Source: Verrucomicrobiota bacterium (GTDB taxonomy: Bacteria > Verrucomicrobiota > Verrucomicrobiia > Chthoniobacterales > JAFAMB01). Taken from it: a stretch of 64,000 nucleotides of DNA. Location: positions 26,201 to 90,200 of the forward strand of contig JAFBAP010000101.1 in assembly GCA_019247695.1 (NCBI GenBank). Reading direction: 5' to 3'. The stretch's first letter is position 1. Each line of letters opens with the position of its first letter. The notes beneath the pieces were generated by a model that saw only the letters and a program-made list of their open reading frames with translations, was not told the DNA's origin and did no database searches. This document shows positions 1 through 12,256 of the stretch, piece after piece. Both the position numbers and the translations under genes were made by a program.

Positions 1-1
1 G

Positions 2-2830
<2,829 letters not shown>

Positions 2831-2846
2831 CGGGCAATTGCATTGG

Positions 2847-2880
2847 AAGGACGGACCGTAAGGTCCGTCCTTTTTGCTTT
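2847..2880 (+). terminator. Rho-independent terminator after rpoC
   Basis: A perfect 9-bp stem GGACGGACC / GGTCCGTCC with a GTAA loop (2849-2870) is followed by TTTTTGCTTT. It starts 17 nt after the rpoC stop. Confidence 0.7.
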
Positions 2881-2986
2881 ATGCCGCTTGCCAAAACGCG
2901 TTCCGAAATCAAGGATGCCTTTCCCTGAATGACGCCCGCTCAGTTCGGAACCCGTTTCCGGCAAGCGGGATGGAAAAACCTTTTTG

Positions 2987-3535
2987 ATGTCGATCGCAAC
3001 TAAAACGGGGGATGCCGGCGAGACCGCCCTCATGTATGGCCGTCGCGTGCCTAAAGTGCATCGCCGGGTCGAAGCTTACGGCACCGTGGATGAACTGAAC
3101 GCCGCGTTAGGCCTGGCCCGCGCATCCACGAAGGTGGCGTTAATCCAGGAGACCATTTTAAAGGTGCAGAAGGAACTGGTCACCCTTATGGGCGAGTTGG
3201 CTGTAGCTGACCAGGACCGTGAACGTTACACGAAAGATGGGTACGACGTGGTTACCCCGGCCATGGTGGATCGGCTCACCGCGGTCGTGGATGACCTCGA
3301 GAAAAATCATCGCATCACGTTCAAACGCTGGGCGACGCCGGGCTCGACCTTCGCCTCGGCGGCGTTGGATGTTGCCCGGACCACCTGCCGCCGGGCCGAA
3401 CGAAAGGTTGTCGCCCTGGCCGGGTCCGCCGATTATGTGAACCCGGACACGATCCGTTACCTGAACCGGCTCTCGGATGTGCTGTGGCTTTTTGCGCGCC
3501 TGGAGGAAACGATCGAGCTGGATCCGGACCGATGA
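2987..3535 (+). CDS. ATP:cob(I)alamin adenosyltransferase, PduO/MMAB type
   Basis: TKTGDAGETAL near the N-terminus and RVEAYGTVDELNAALG are typical of PduO-type adenosyltransferases. I prefer the ATG at 2987 over the TTG at 2984. Confidence 0.85.
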   Translation: MSIATKTGDAGETALMYGRRVPKVHRRVEAYGTVDELNAALGLARASTKVALIQETILKVQKELVTLMGELAVADQDRERYTKDGYDVVTPAMVDRLTAVVDDLEKNHRITFKRWATPGSTFASAALDVARTTCRRAERKVVALAGSADYVNPDTIRYLNRLSDVLWLFARLEETIELDPDR

Positions 3536-3746
3536 AGCTGCGATGAAGCCGGCCGGTCCGGCGCAAGTTTTAGTTGCGAACCGATCGTACCTGAAGAATA
3601 GTCACCGGCTCAACCCGGAAACAAGATTTACACCAATTCTCGGCTGAAGCGACCGGTGCACCGGGTAGAAAAATCGTCATTCAGACCGGGAATTGATAAT
3701 GGGTATCAAAGGAACCTAGAGGAACGAGCCGCGGCCGACATCAGAT

Positions 3747-4475
3747 ATGTCTTCGATGGAATTAATGACTGAACTCCTGGAAGCAGGGGTTCATTTCGGA
3801 CACCAGACCAAGCGTTGGAATCCCAAGATGAAACCTTTCATCTTCGAGCAGCGCAATTCGATTTACATCATTAACCTCTCCGAGACGGTCAAACAGCTGC
3901 ACGCGGCGAGCGAGTTTTTGGCCAACGTGGCGCGCCAGGGCGGCAAAGTGCTCTTTATCGGCTGTAAAAAGCAGGCCCAGGAGGCGGTAAAGGAAGCGGC
4001 CGAAGCCTGCGGCCAGTTCTACGTCAATCAGCGCTGGTTAGGCGGTACGTTGACCAACCTGACCACGATCCGCAAAAGCGTTGGCCGCCTGACGTACCTC
4101 GAGCAGATCGAAAAATCACCCGAGTACAGCAAGATGGGCAAGCAGGAGCTTTCGGCCCTGCGCCGCGAAGCGGAGAAGCTGCGCCGGAACCTTGAAGGCA
4201 TCCGCAACATGGAACGCCTGCCGGATGCGTTGGTCATCATCGATACGACCCGCGAGGCGATTGCCGTGGCCGAATCGCAGCGGCTTAAAATTCCGACGAT
4301 TGCGATCGTGGACACCAACGCTGATCCTGACAAGGTGACCTATCCGATTGCCGGTAACGATGACGCCATCCGGGCCATCCGGGTAATCCTCCAGAAGCTC
4401 GTCGACGCCATTTACACCGCCACCCAGGAAGGGAAGAAGGCGGATACCGCCCAGTTGGCGGCCGTCGCTGAATAG
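3747..4475 (+). CDS. rpsB: 30S ribosomal protein S2
   Basis: ELLEAGVHFGHQTKRWNPKM plus full-length collinearity with bacterial S2. It is followed by tsf, the usual pairing. Confidence 0.97.
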   Translation: MSSMELMTELLEAGVHFGHQTKRWNPKMKPFIFEQRNSIYIINLSETVKQLHAASEFLANVARQGGKVLFIGCKKQAQEAVKEAAEACGQFYVNQRWLGGTLTNLTTIRKSVGRLTYLEQIEKSPEYSKMGKQELSALRREAEKLRRNLEGIRNMERLPDALVIIDTTREAIAVAESQRLKIPTIAIVDTNADPDKVTYPIAGNDDAIRAIRVILQKLVDAIYTATQEGKKADTAQLAAVAE

Positions 4476-4576
4476 GACTACCATTTCTTCCCTCCGTTTT
4501 TTCACCTTTATCGCCTTGGTTCCGGTGACCCCCGGCCGAGGCTGAGCGCCGATTTGATCCGCCTTTAAACCTCGTT

Positions 4577-5227
4577 ATGGCTGACGTTAATCCTGCCCTC
4601 GTTAAACAACTTCGTGAAAAAACCAATGCCGGCATGATGGATTGCAAAAAGGCATTGGTGGAAGCGGGGGGCGACCTCGCAAAAGCTGAGGATCTGCTCC
4701 GGAAAAAGGGCATTGCAAGCGCTTCTAAAAAGGCCTCGCGCTCTGCCAAGGAGGGGACCGTAGCCTCTTACATCCACCTGCAAGGCAAAGTGGGCGTGCT
4801 GGTCGAAGTGAATTGCGAGACGGATTTTGTCGCGAAAAACGAGACCTTCCGCGATTTCGTCAAAGACATCACGCTCCACATCGCCGCGGCCCACCCGCTC
4901 TACGTGAGCCGGGAACAGGTGCCGGCCTCAACCATCGAGAGAGAGCGCGAGATTTACCGCGAACAGGTCAAAGGCAAACCGAAGAACGTCATCGAGAAAA
5001 TCGTCGACGGAAAACTCGACAAGTACTACGCCAGCGTTTGCCTGTTGGACCAGCCGTTCATTAAAAATCCCGACCAGACGATCAAGGACCTCATTTCGTC
5101 CAAGATCGCCGAACTCGGTGAAAATATCATCGTCCGGCGCTTCACGCGGTACGTGGTGGGTGAAGAGATCGAAGCGGGACCATCAACGGCGGAAGCGCCC
5201 CTTACTCCCGGGGTGCCGGTTTCCTGA
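4577..5227 (+). CDS. tsf: Translation elongation factor Ts (short form, 216 aa)
   Basis: The N-terminal LVKQLREKTNAGMMDCKKALVEAGGDLAKAEDLLRKKG is the EF-Ts UBA-like signature. The gene lies immediately downstream of rpsB. Confidence 0.95.
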   Translation: MADVNPALVKQLREKTNAGMMDCKKALVEAGGDLAKAEDLLRKKGIASASKKASRSAKEGTVASYIHLQGKVGVLVEVNCETDFVAKNETFRDFVKDITLHIAAAHPLYVSREQVPASTIEREREIYREQVKGKPKNVIEKIVDGKLDKYYASVCLLDQPFIKNPDQTIKDLISSKIAELGENIIVRRFTRYVVGEEIEAGPSTAEAPLTPGVPVS

Positions 5228-5503
5228 AGCGCCGATCCTGCCGCGCCTCCCTGCACGTCCAGTCCGGCGCGTTGCCCGGCATCATCGCTGAGAGCGCAAT
5301 CAACCTAGACGCTCTCGAATGCTATCGGCGTGACGAGTGGAGAGTGGAGTTCGCACGCGAATTGATCGCCTTCAAATGATCAGGCCGGTGCGGAAGATGA
5401 TGCGCTGACCGATTCGGTCCAACGCAGGTTGTAAGCCGGCCGTCGTTTGCAGTTCAGCAAACTTCTCTCGCCAGGCGAAGCCTGCACTTATTAACGTTCC
5501 GCG

Positions 5504-6259
5504 ATGAAAAACGGGCTGAATGCGATTCTGCGCACCCTCCTTGTTCTGGTGAGTTGTCCCTCTTTGACCTATTCGGCGGATCAGGCCGTTGCGCCTCAGC
5601 CGCCCGCGGGACCTTCTATGGCCCCGAGCCGCGGCGCGCCGCAACAGCCCTACTACCTGACCGGGAACGAAGATGCCTGGCCGGCTTTTCCTCCAAAACC
5701 GGCCCTTGGATCGCCGATCGATCAACTCGACCTTTCCATCACCCTTTCCCTGCAGGTTTCGCGAACGGAAGCTCAGAAGGATGAAGCCATTCGCGACCGA
5801 ACCTATTCCATCAAGCTTGTGACCGACGTCATCGACGCCGATTTCGAGGTGAAGTACCCGAACACGTTCAAAGTGCTCGCCAACGCTGATCTCGATGCGT
5901 ATTTCATCACGGCGATGCTCAAGAAGGCGAATGGCCGCCTGCGCCCTTTCGACCAGCACCCGATCCTCGTCGTGCCGCTGTTTACGGTGACCGATTTCAG
6001 TTATCCCAGCGGGCACGCGTCCGGAACTCAACTGCAGGCGCGCATCCTCGGAAGATTGTTTCCCGCGCAAAAGGACGCGTTGCTGAAACGTGCCCGGCAG
6101 GTTGCGGACAGCCGCGTCGTCGCCGGGGTACACTACACGAGCGACACCGAGGCCGGGTTGGCCTTGGGCGACCTGCTTTTCACCGAGTTGGAAACCCGGC
6201 CTGGGTTCCAGAATGATCTCACCGCAGCAGCCGCAAAGGATCAGGTACCCCGACCGTGA
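5504..6259 (+). CDS. PAP2-family (acid) phosphatase, secreted or membrane-associated
   Basis: All three PAP2 motifs are present: KKANGRLRP (KX6RP), YPSGH (PSGH) and SRVVAGVHYTSD (SRX5HX3D). There is a hydrophobic, signal-like N-terminus. Confidence 0.8.
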   Translation: MKNGLNAILRTLLVLVSCPSLTYSADQAVAPQPPAGPSMAPSRGAPQQPYYLTGNEDAWPAFPPKPALGSPIDQLDLSITLSLQVSRTEAQKDEAIRDRTYSIKLVTDVIDADFEVKYPNTFKVLANADLDAYFITAMLKKANGRLRPFDQHPILVVPLFTVTDFSYPSGHASGTQLQARILGRLFPAQKDALLKRARQVADSRVVAGVHYTSDTEAGLALGDLLFTELETRPGFQNDLTAAAAKDQVPRP

Positions 6260-6311
6260 GTAGACGGGGCCGGCCCGGGGAGTTTCCCAGGGGTTACCCG
6301 CCGGCAGCCCT

Positions 6312-6720
6312 TAGCCCAGGGTGAATCCCACTGCCATTTAGTTAAGGATACAAGGCCGGGTATTGCTGCTTTCGTCCCGAACGGACGGCTGAGGTTAGGC
6401 AGGTAGCTTTTAGTGCCTGTGCGGTGCGGGCGTTCCCCGGGGGTTGTGTCCCCTCGGGACGCCTGAAGGCGGGCGCCGGGCCAGGCGGGCGCCAAAGATT
6501 GGGGAGCCGTTCGGGTTTTTGGCGCTGAGGGTCGCACCGGGTTTGATTGGCCGTTTGGGAGCCGGCACCCTCCGGGGCAGCGTTTCAGGCGTCCCGACGG
6601 GACGCGCTCCCTCTTAAATGCCCCATCCAGGGACTGAAAGTCCCTGGCTAACCTCAGCCGTCCCTCCGGGACGAAGGCCACGCCCGGCCTTGTATCCTTA
6701 CTAAACGGCAGTGGGGTAAA
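6312..6720. repeat. ~390-bp imperfect palindrome (long foldback repeat)
   Basis: Paired arms: 6327-6360 with 6683-6715, 6371-6399 with 6648-6677, and 6448-6469 with 6581-6603. There is also a perfect local hairpin CCAGGGACTGAAAGTCCCTGG at 6627-6647. Confidence 0.8.
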
Positions 6721-6885
6721 CCCCTCGACCTGATCTGCGATTCTGCCAACGTCAAGCAAGACCCAGCACCCGCCACGCGTCCGCTCCTCTCTTTATACCA
6801 TTTCGACGGCTATGGAGGTAAAATTTTGTCTTCCTTCCCAGGTGCTCTGCCAGCGTTACACCTAGTAGACCCTATAAACGATCCG

Positions 6886-7174
6886 GGCCCAACGGGCCGG
6901 CAGACGGTTTGATGGCCTGAAAGGCCAAAGGAACATAGCCCGAGGTTTCACCCTGGGAAGGCGTTTCCCCTCTGACCCCGCCCTGAAGGGGCGGCAGAAA
7001 GCGTTGCCGTCGGGTTCTGCCGCCCCTTCAGCAAATCCAACCCGGCGGGGCGGGCGTTTTTTAGGGAGGGCGTACAGGCGTGACGCCTTAGGAGGGCTGG
7101 ATCGTGATTTGACGGTTACCCAGGGGGTAAAGCCCTGGGCTAAGGTCTCTTGGCCCAACGGGCCGTAAGACGGT
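6886..7174. repeat. Second nested-hairpin repeat block
   Basis: Direct copies of GGCCCAACGGGCCG..AGACGGT lie at 6886 and 7152. A 17-bp hairpin pairs 6983-7000 with 7015-7032. The TAGCCC(A/G)(A/G)GG..CCC motif is shared with 6312-6330. Confidence 0.7.
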
Positions 7175-7316
7175 CACGGCCGTCCCCGCGCTGCCCTCAA
7201 AAAATGTGAGGAATTTTTCGCGATCGGGCGTATCGATCACCACTTCGGCCACCCCGGCGATGGGACTATCTTGACTTTTAGGTCCGTATACTTTCATCAA
7301 CATTGGTCATTCTCCC

Positions 7317-7721
7317 ATGAATAAACCAAACCCGCTCCACCCTCGTTACTTGCTCCTGATGATCATGGCTTGGGCAGCCGCCGGCCTTGTAGGCTGCGCC
7401 AGCATGGAGGCAAGCAACAAAGAATCGTTGTTAACCGCCGCCGGCTTTCGCACACGTGCCCCCTCGACGCCGGCGCAAGTGGCCCTGTATGACCGGATGA
7501 CACCCTACAAAATCGAACGCCGCGTCAGACACGGCAAAGTGGTCTATACTTTCGCCGATAAGAAAAACCGGCTTGTCTATATGGGGGGCGAAAATGAGTA
7601 CCAGCGCTATAAGCAACTCGGGCTGCAGCAGTCGATTGCCCAGAACGAGTTGGAGGCGGCCCAAATCAACGAGGAAGCTTCGATGGATTGGGACTGGGGT
7701 CCGTGGGGCCTCTGGTGGTAG
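7317..7721 (+). CDS. Hypothetical lipoprotein
   Basis: Signal peptide with a lipobox (LLLMIMAWAAAGLVGC). 134 aa, with a Trp-rich C-terminus. No family recognised. Confidence 0.6.
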   Translation: MNKPNPLHPRYLLLMIMAWAAAGLVGCASMEASNKESLLTAAGFRTRAPSTPAQVALYDRMTPYKIERRVRHGKVVYTFADKKNRLVYMGGENEYQRYKQLGLQQSIAQNELEAAQINEEASMDWDWGPWGLWW

Positions 7722-7844
7722 CGGTAAGTCCACCGGCCGATAGACTGCCCGGGCTGATCGGCGGCACCGAATGACAGCCCCTCAGTCACGGGCAGCCGCT
7801 CTTTACCTTCCCAATCAAAGTCAGCAAAGGCTCCAGCGCTTGCC

Positions 7845-8228
7845 TTACCGGCAGGCCCTTGAATGCTTGCCCGCCAGCCACCACCATAGCCTCTGCAAGG
7901 CACCCGTCCACGACGGGTGCGCCCGAGCGGCTTTGCCTGAGACCGGGTGCGGCCCGATCGGAATGTGGTCGCCCACCTTGATCCACGGCTTACCCTGCAC
8001 GGTAACGACCATGGGCTCCGGCGCATTTACCACCAGAATGCCAACGGTTTGAGGGTGGCGGCCTAACCTGAAAAGAAAATCCGGCTCCAGGCCTTCCGTG
8101 CCCGCAGGCACGCTCACCCGGAGGCTGATCCTCCAGCGATCTCCGCCCTCTTGTTCAATCGCCACAACATCCGCGCTGGCGTTGTGCATGGTATGTTTGA
8201 TACTCAACGCGGCGCCGGTTGCAACCAC
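7845..8228 (-). CDS. Hypothetical protein (possibly 5'-extended by a frameshift into ORF 8155..8379)
   Basis: Third-position GC of roughly 70%, counted by eye, is consistent with coding in this genome. No family recognised. The adjacent ORF in the +1 frame would join near nt 8225. Confidence 0.3.
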   Translation of the reverse strand: MVATGAALSIKHTMHNASADVVAIEQEGGDRWRISLRVSVPAGTEGLEPDFLFRLGRHPQTVGILVVNAPEPMVVTVQGKPWIKVGDHIPIGPHPVSGKAARAHPSWTGALQRLWWWLAGKHSRACR

Positions 8229-8544
8229 GCGCGTCGAGCATAGGTACCAAAGAGTCCAGCCATTCTGAACCTTCTTGCAGTAATGGCTTCATGCCGCTCG
8301 GACCGGTTAGGATTTGCCCTCTTGCCCGGACGGTCGCGAAGACAAGTTCGAGTGGAAAAAAGGGGTTTTGGTCCGGCACAATTTCCCGTGCTCAACGGCG
8401 TTTATCAGCCGGTCAGATCAGCCGGTTTTTGCCCCGGAGTGGCCCTTGAGCTCAACCCGCGACTTCAACCATTGTCGTAAGGTACCTGCATAACCTGCGT
8501 AACTGCGCATTTGCCGTTCGCCACACCTGGACCATGGTAACGCC

Positions 8545-9942
8545 ATGCGAGATGCGACAGGGTTGATCCGGTCCAAGATGGAAGGCGAAGGCCTGAGCGA
8601 AACGGCCATTAGAGCTTTTCTGTTCCAGTACGCGAAACTCGTTGCCCACGAGTCGGCCGATATTCCCGAGGCGACCATCGAACCCGTAGACCAACTGCCG
8701 AAGATTGAGGACTACGAAGAGTCGGGGCGCGTCCGAACCTACCTTTCCCAGACCGCGGTGGTAAAGCTCAACGGAGGACTCGGTACAGGCATGGGCCTCG
8801 AAAAAGCCAAAAGCCTGCTCAGGGTACGGGGTGAGCTTACTTTTCTGGACATTATTGTCCGGCAATTCCTGTATCTGCGCCACCACCTGGGACCGGATCT
8901 TGGCTTGTTTTTGATGAACAGCTTCAGCACAAGCGCGGATACCCGGAACGCACTCGCACGTTACCCGGAGCTCGGCGACCCGGCTTCTCTCGAACTTCTC
9001 CAGAATAAAGTGCCCAAGATCGGTGTCGACTCCTTCGCGCCGATTGAATGGCCGCAAAATCCGCAGTTGGAATGGTGCCCGCCCGGCCACGGTGACATCT
9101 ACACGGCGCTGGCCGGATCGGGGCTTTTGGAAAGCTTGCGGGCGCGCGACACGCTTTACCTTTTCGTTTCCAATTCCGATAACCTTGGGGCCACCCTGGA
9201 CCTTCGCCTGCTAAGCTACTTCGTCGAGTCCGGTGCACCGTTCCTCATGGAGGTTACCCGCCGGACGCCGGTGGACCGCAAAGGTGGTCACCTTGCCCGG
9301 CGCAAGCCGGACGGGAGGCTGCTGCTACGCGAGTCCGCCCAGTGTCCGGAACCGGACCTGGAAGCGTTTCAGGACATCAGCCGGCACCGTTATTTCAACA
9401 CGAACAACCTTTGGGTTCGGCTCGATGTGTTGGAATCCGTGCTGAAGGCAGAGAACGGGATCCTGCCGCTGCCGTTGATTCGCAACCAGAAGACGGTCGA
9501 CCCGCGGAACAAACAATCACCGAAAGTTTACCAGCTCGAGACGGCCATGGGCGCCGCGGTCGAATGCTTCGAGGATTCGACTGCGGTCGAAGTGCCCCGG
9601 TCACGGTTTGCACCCGTCAAGACAACGAGCGATCTGCTGACGGTTCGATCGGACGCGTACGCACTCGACGAAGCTTACCGCCTTGAGTTAGTAGCCGAAC
9701 GGCAGGGAACCCCGCCGGTGGTGGAGCTATCCGGCGACTATAAATTGGTTGATGCCCTGGACGAGATGCTCGCCCGGGCGGTGCCGTCGCTCCGGTCGTG
9801 TGAAGGGTTCAAAGTCGATGGGCCGGTCCGCTTTTCTCCGGATACAACCTTCGAAGGGCGGGTTAGCGTTCGCAATCATGAGGCTGAACGGTGGAAGGAC
9901 CTGCCAGCCGGCCATTACGCAAACCAAACCCTGGAACTGTAG
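8545..9942 (+). CDS. UTP--glucose-1-phosphate uridylyltransferase, UDPGP (eukaryote-type) family
   Basis: KLNGGLGTGMGLEKAKSLL nucleotide-binding loop, with the 465-aa length and overall layout of the UDPGP (PF01704-like) family rather than GalU. Confidence 0.85.
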   Translation: MRDATGLIRSKMEGEGLSETAIRAFLFQYAKLVAHESADIPEATIEPVDQLPKIEDYEESGRVRTYLSQTAVVKLNGGLGTGMGLEKAKSLLRVRGELTFLDIIVRQFLYLRHHLGPDLGLFLMNSFSTSADTRNALARYPELGDPASLELLQNKVPKIGVDSFAPIEWPQNPQLEWCPPGHGDIYTALAGSGLLESLRARDTLYLFVSNSDNLGATLDLRLLSYFVESGAPFLMEVTRRTPVDRKGGHLARRKPDGRLLLRESAQCPEPDLEAFQDISRHRYFNTNNLWVRLDVLESVLKAENGILPLPLIRNQKTVDPRNKQSPKVYQLETAMGAAVECFEDSTAVEVPRSRFAPVKTTSDLLTVRSDAYALDEAYRLELVAERQGTPPVVELSGDYKLVDALDEMLARAVPSLRSCEGFKVDGPVRFSPDTTFEGRVSVRNHEAERWKDLPAGHYANQTLEL

Positions 9943-9987
9943 CTGCGCCGTCCCCCGCGGCTGCTGAGCCACGGTGATCTTATTTCG

Positions 9988-11196
9988 CTACGGTGCGGGC
10001 GGAGGGAAGGGCGTGTGGAAGCAGTTGGAAGCAAACTCACCCACGTGCCGGGCGAATAAACGATGCTGCTCCAGCAGCCCCATGTGTTTGGCATTGACCA
10101 GGGTTACAAGTTGGGATCCGCTGATCTCTTCGTGCATACGCCGGCTCGCCTCCGGTTTGCACACGGGATCCCGGTCACCGGCCACGATCAAAGCAGGCAC
10201 TCCCACCGTCTTCAGTGTTTGTGTCGCATCATAGTTCAGCATTCCAAACATGCCTCGGGCCAGGACGCCCGGCCAGGCCCTGATTCCCAGGCGGGTGGCG
10301 TAGTCAATTTGTCCCCAAGTAGCATGCCTCGCAAAGCCGCTGGCCTTGGTAGAAAAATGGGAGGAGCCGTTCAGATAACTGAGCTGGTTCATGAGCCAGA
10401 CCAGCGGCGCCAGCCGGATCGTGAGGTGCAGCAAAGGGACGATCAGCGGCCGCTCCAGCGCGGTGAGCAGGCCGGCGAGGCTGGTGGTTCTCACCGGGTT
10501 GGTGTAAGTCGTATGGACCAGGGCCAGGCCGCGAACGCGCGACCCCAGCGCCTCCGGAAACAGCTTGCAAAAGGTCAGGGTAATCATCCCGCCGATGCTG
10601 TGGCCCAGCAGAACCGCTGGCTGGCCGGCCGCCAGGCCCAGTACTGCCTCCAGGTCACGCGCGAGGTTATCCAGGCTGTAATCCCGACTGGCGGGCCGGG
10701 TGGAGCGGCCCAGGCCGGGCAGATCCCACGTGATGAGGCGAAAACGGCCTGCCAGCTCCCGATGGAGGTAAGTCCACTCGGTCCGGTCGAGCCCCCAGCC
10801 ATGGATTAGAACGATTGCCGGGGCATCCTCCGGGCCGTAAGACTCGACGTGGAGTTCGGAACCGTCCGGCCGGCCGAGGCGAGATCCGACCGGCGGGTTC
10901 TGGTTTCCCGGAGCAGGGGACTCGCCGGGCGGAGGTCCGGCTTTGATGAACAGGCTCAAGATTCCACGCGCGACGAGCACTCCGGCAATGGCCCAGACGA
11001 GCAGCGCGATGGCGAGCACCAGGTGCAAGGTCGCGTGGTTGAATCCCAGGCGCGGATCGAAAAACGAGCTCTGATGCACAAGATCATAACCCCATGCATG
11101 TTTGTACCATCTGTGGCCGAAGTAAACGCCGGCTCCAATCAGGACAAACGAGAACAGGCCAAAAAACCAGATCCGGAGGATAGACGTAGGGATCAC
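9988..11196 (-). CDS. Membrane-anchored alpha/beta hydrolase
   Basis: Two N-terminal hydrophobic helices, then VLIHGWG (oxyanion HG) and the GHSIGG nucleophile elbow. GTG start at 11196. Confidence 0.85.
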   Translation of the reverse strand: MIPTSILRIWFFGLFSFVLIGAGVYFGHRWYKHAWGYDLVHQSSFFDPRLGFNHATLHLVLAIALLVWAIAGVLVARGILSLFIKAGPPPGESPAPGNQNPPVGSRLGRPDGSELHVESYGPEDAPAIVLIHGWGLDRTEWTYLHRELAGRFRLITWDLPGLGRSTRPASRDYSLDNLARDLEAVLGLAAGQPAVLLGHSIGGMITLTFCKLFPEALGSRVRGLALVHTTYTNPVRTTSLAGLLTALERPLIVPLLHLTIRLAPLVWLMNQLSYLNGSSHFSTKASGFARHATWGQIDYATRLGIRAWPGVLARGMFGMLNYDATQTLKTVGVPALIVAGDRDPVCKPEASRRMHEEISGSQLVTLVNAKHMGLLEQHRLFARHVGEFASNCFHTPFPPPAP

Positions 11197-11356
11197 AAAC
11201 CAAAGGTCGCCGCCGCCCGCCGGGTCGCGCGTAACAACCTGTCAGAACCGTTCTTTAACTTGTTCCAGCGGATTTAATCGTGTTTGAGGCTCAAAGCCGG
11301 CGATTTGTTAAGGCCAAACCGGCGGTGACAACCGAAGGGAAAATGAAAAACTACGG

Positions 11357-11917
11357 ATGGCCAGCCAAGTTGCTTCCCGCACGAATACGCGGACACATTG
11401 CGAAATTGAAGAATCCTTGGGCGGGACTGCCGTTGCGCTGCAAGCCCGTCCCGTCTTTCTGCTTGCGCCCGAACGCTTTGAAGCACGCCAAGCCGAGCAG
11501 GCCACGCCGGTGGGGTTGCGGGTGCTGGTCGTAGACGACAACGTTGATGCTGCGCACACCCTGGCGATGCTGGTGCAACTGGCGGGCCATGACGTCAGGA
11601 TCGCCTACGACGGGCCGCCGGCGTTGATGCTGGCCCAGGCGTTTCAGCCTCAAGTGGTGTTGCTCGACCTTAACCTTCCGGCCATGGACGGCTACGAAGT
11701 AGCCCGCAAGTTGCGCGAAAGACCGGAAACGCAGGAAGCGGTGCTGGCGGCCGTCAGCGGCTGGGGGCAACCGGAAGACCGGCGTCGCTCAAAGGAAGCC
11801 GGGTTTGATCGCCATTTCGTCAAGCCGGTCGACCCCAACATCATTACGAAGCTGCTGTCGGACGCTCGGCGGGGAAGGAACGGGCTGCCGCCGGCCAGCT
11901 TTTTCGACCGGCATTAA
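11357..11917 (+). CDS. Response regulator, receiver domain only
   Basis: LRVLVVDDN ... LLDLNLPAMDG ... FVKP is a canonical REC domain. The true start may be an internal GTG near 11511, because the first ~50 aa look non-domain. Confidence 0.8.
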   Translation: MASQVASRTNTRTHCEIEESLGGTAVALQARPVFLLAPERFEARQAEQATPVGLRVLVVDDNVDAAHTLAMLVQLAGHDVRIAYDGPPALMLAQAFQPQVVLLDLNLPAMDGYEVARKLRERPETQEAVLAAVSGWGQPEDRRRSKEAGFDRHFVKPVDPNIITKLLSDARRGRNGLPPASFFDRH

Positions 11918-11995
11918 AAAAGTACTCGAGGCCGTGCCGGCGCAGGCTCGGGCCCCGGTCCGGAATCGGACGGGGAGCACCGCCTTCCGCAGCCC

Positions 11996-12256
11996 TCAGG
12001 GCCTCAGGTTGTGCTGTTCCAAAAACTCGGCGAGTTCATCCGGCCCGAAATCCGGCAGCACCAAATCGCCTACCACGAGGGTCGGCGCGTAAGTCTGATC
12101 CGAAATCCGCCGCATCTCGCTGTAAGCAGCGCGATCCCTGGTCACATCGACGCGTTCGTAGCGGTACCCGTGTTCGGTGAGATAATCTTCGGCCATCCGG
12201 CACCACGGACAACCAGCCTTTATGTAAAGTACAAATTGTGCTGTTTCGGTACTCAT
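11996..12256 (-). CDS. Glutaredoxin-like protein
   Basis: 86 aa with a CPWC redox motif after a beta strand (FVLYIKAGCPWC), and PTLVVGD later in the sequence. The start ATG overlaps the stop of the upstream gene (ATGA). Confidence 0.8.
   Translation of the reverse strand: MSTETAQFVLYIKAGCPWCRMAEDYLTEHGYRYERVDVTRDRAAYSEMRRISDQTYAPTLVVGDLVLPDFGPDELAEFLEQHNLRP

Noticed and set aside
2881-2986. Cobalamin riboswitch upstream of the adenosyltransferase gene
   Set aside because: The region is only ~100 nt and I could not find a B12-box-like GCCACTG core or the expected conserved stems.
7088-7303. 71-aa minus-strand ORF next to the lipoprotein gene
   Set aside because: No family resemblance and modest third-position GC. 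The C-terminal third is repeat sequence, and only 13 nt separate it from the divergent gene start. I cannot support it as a gene.
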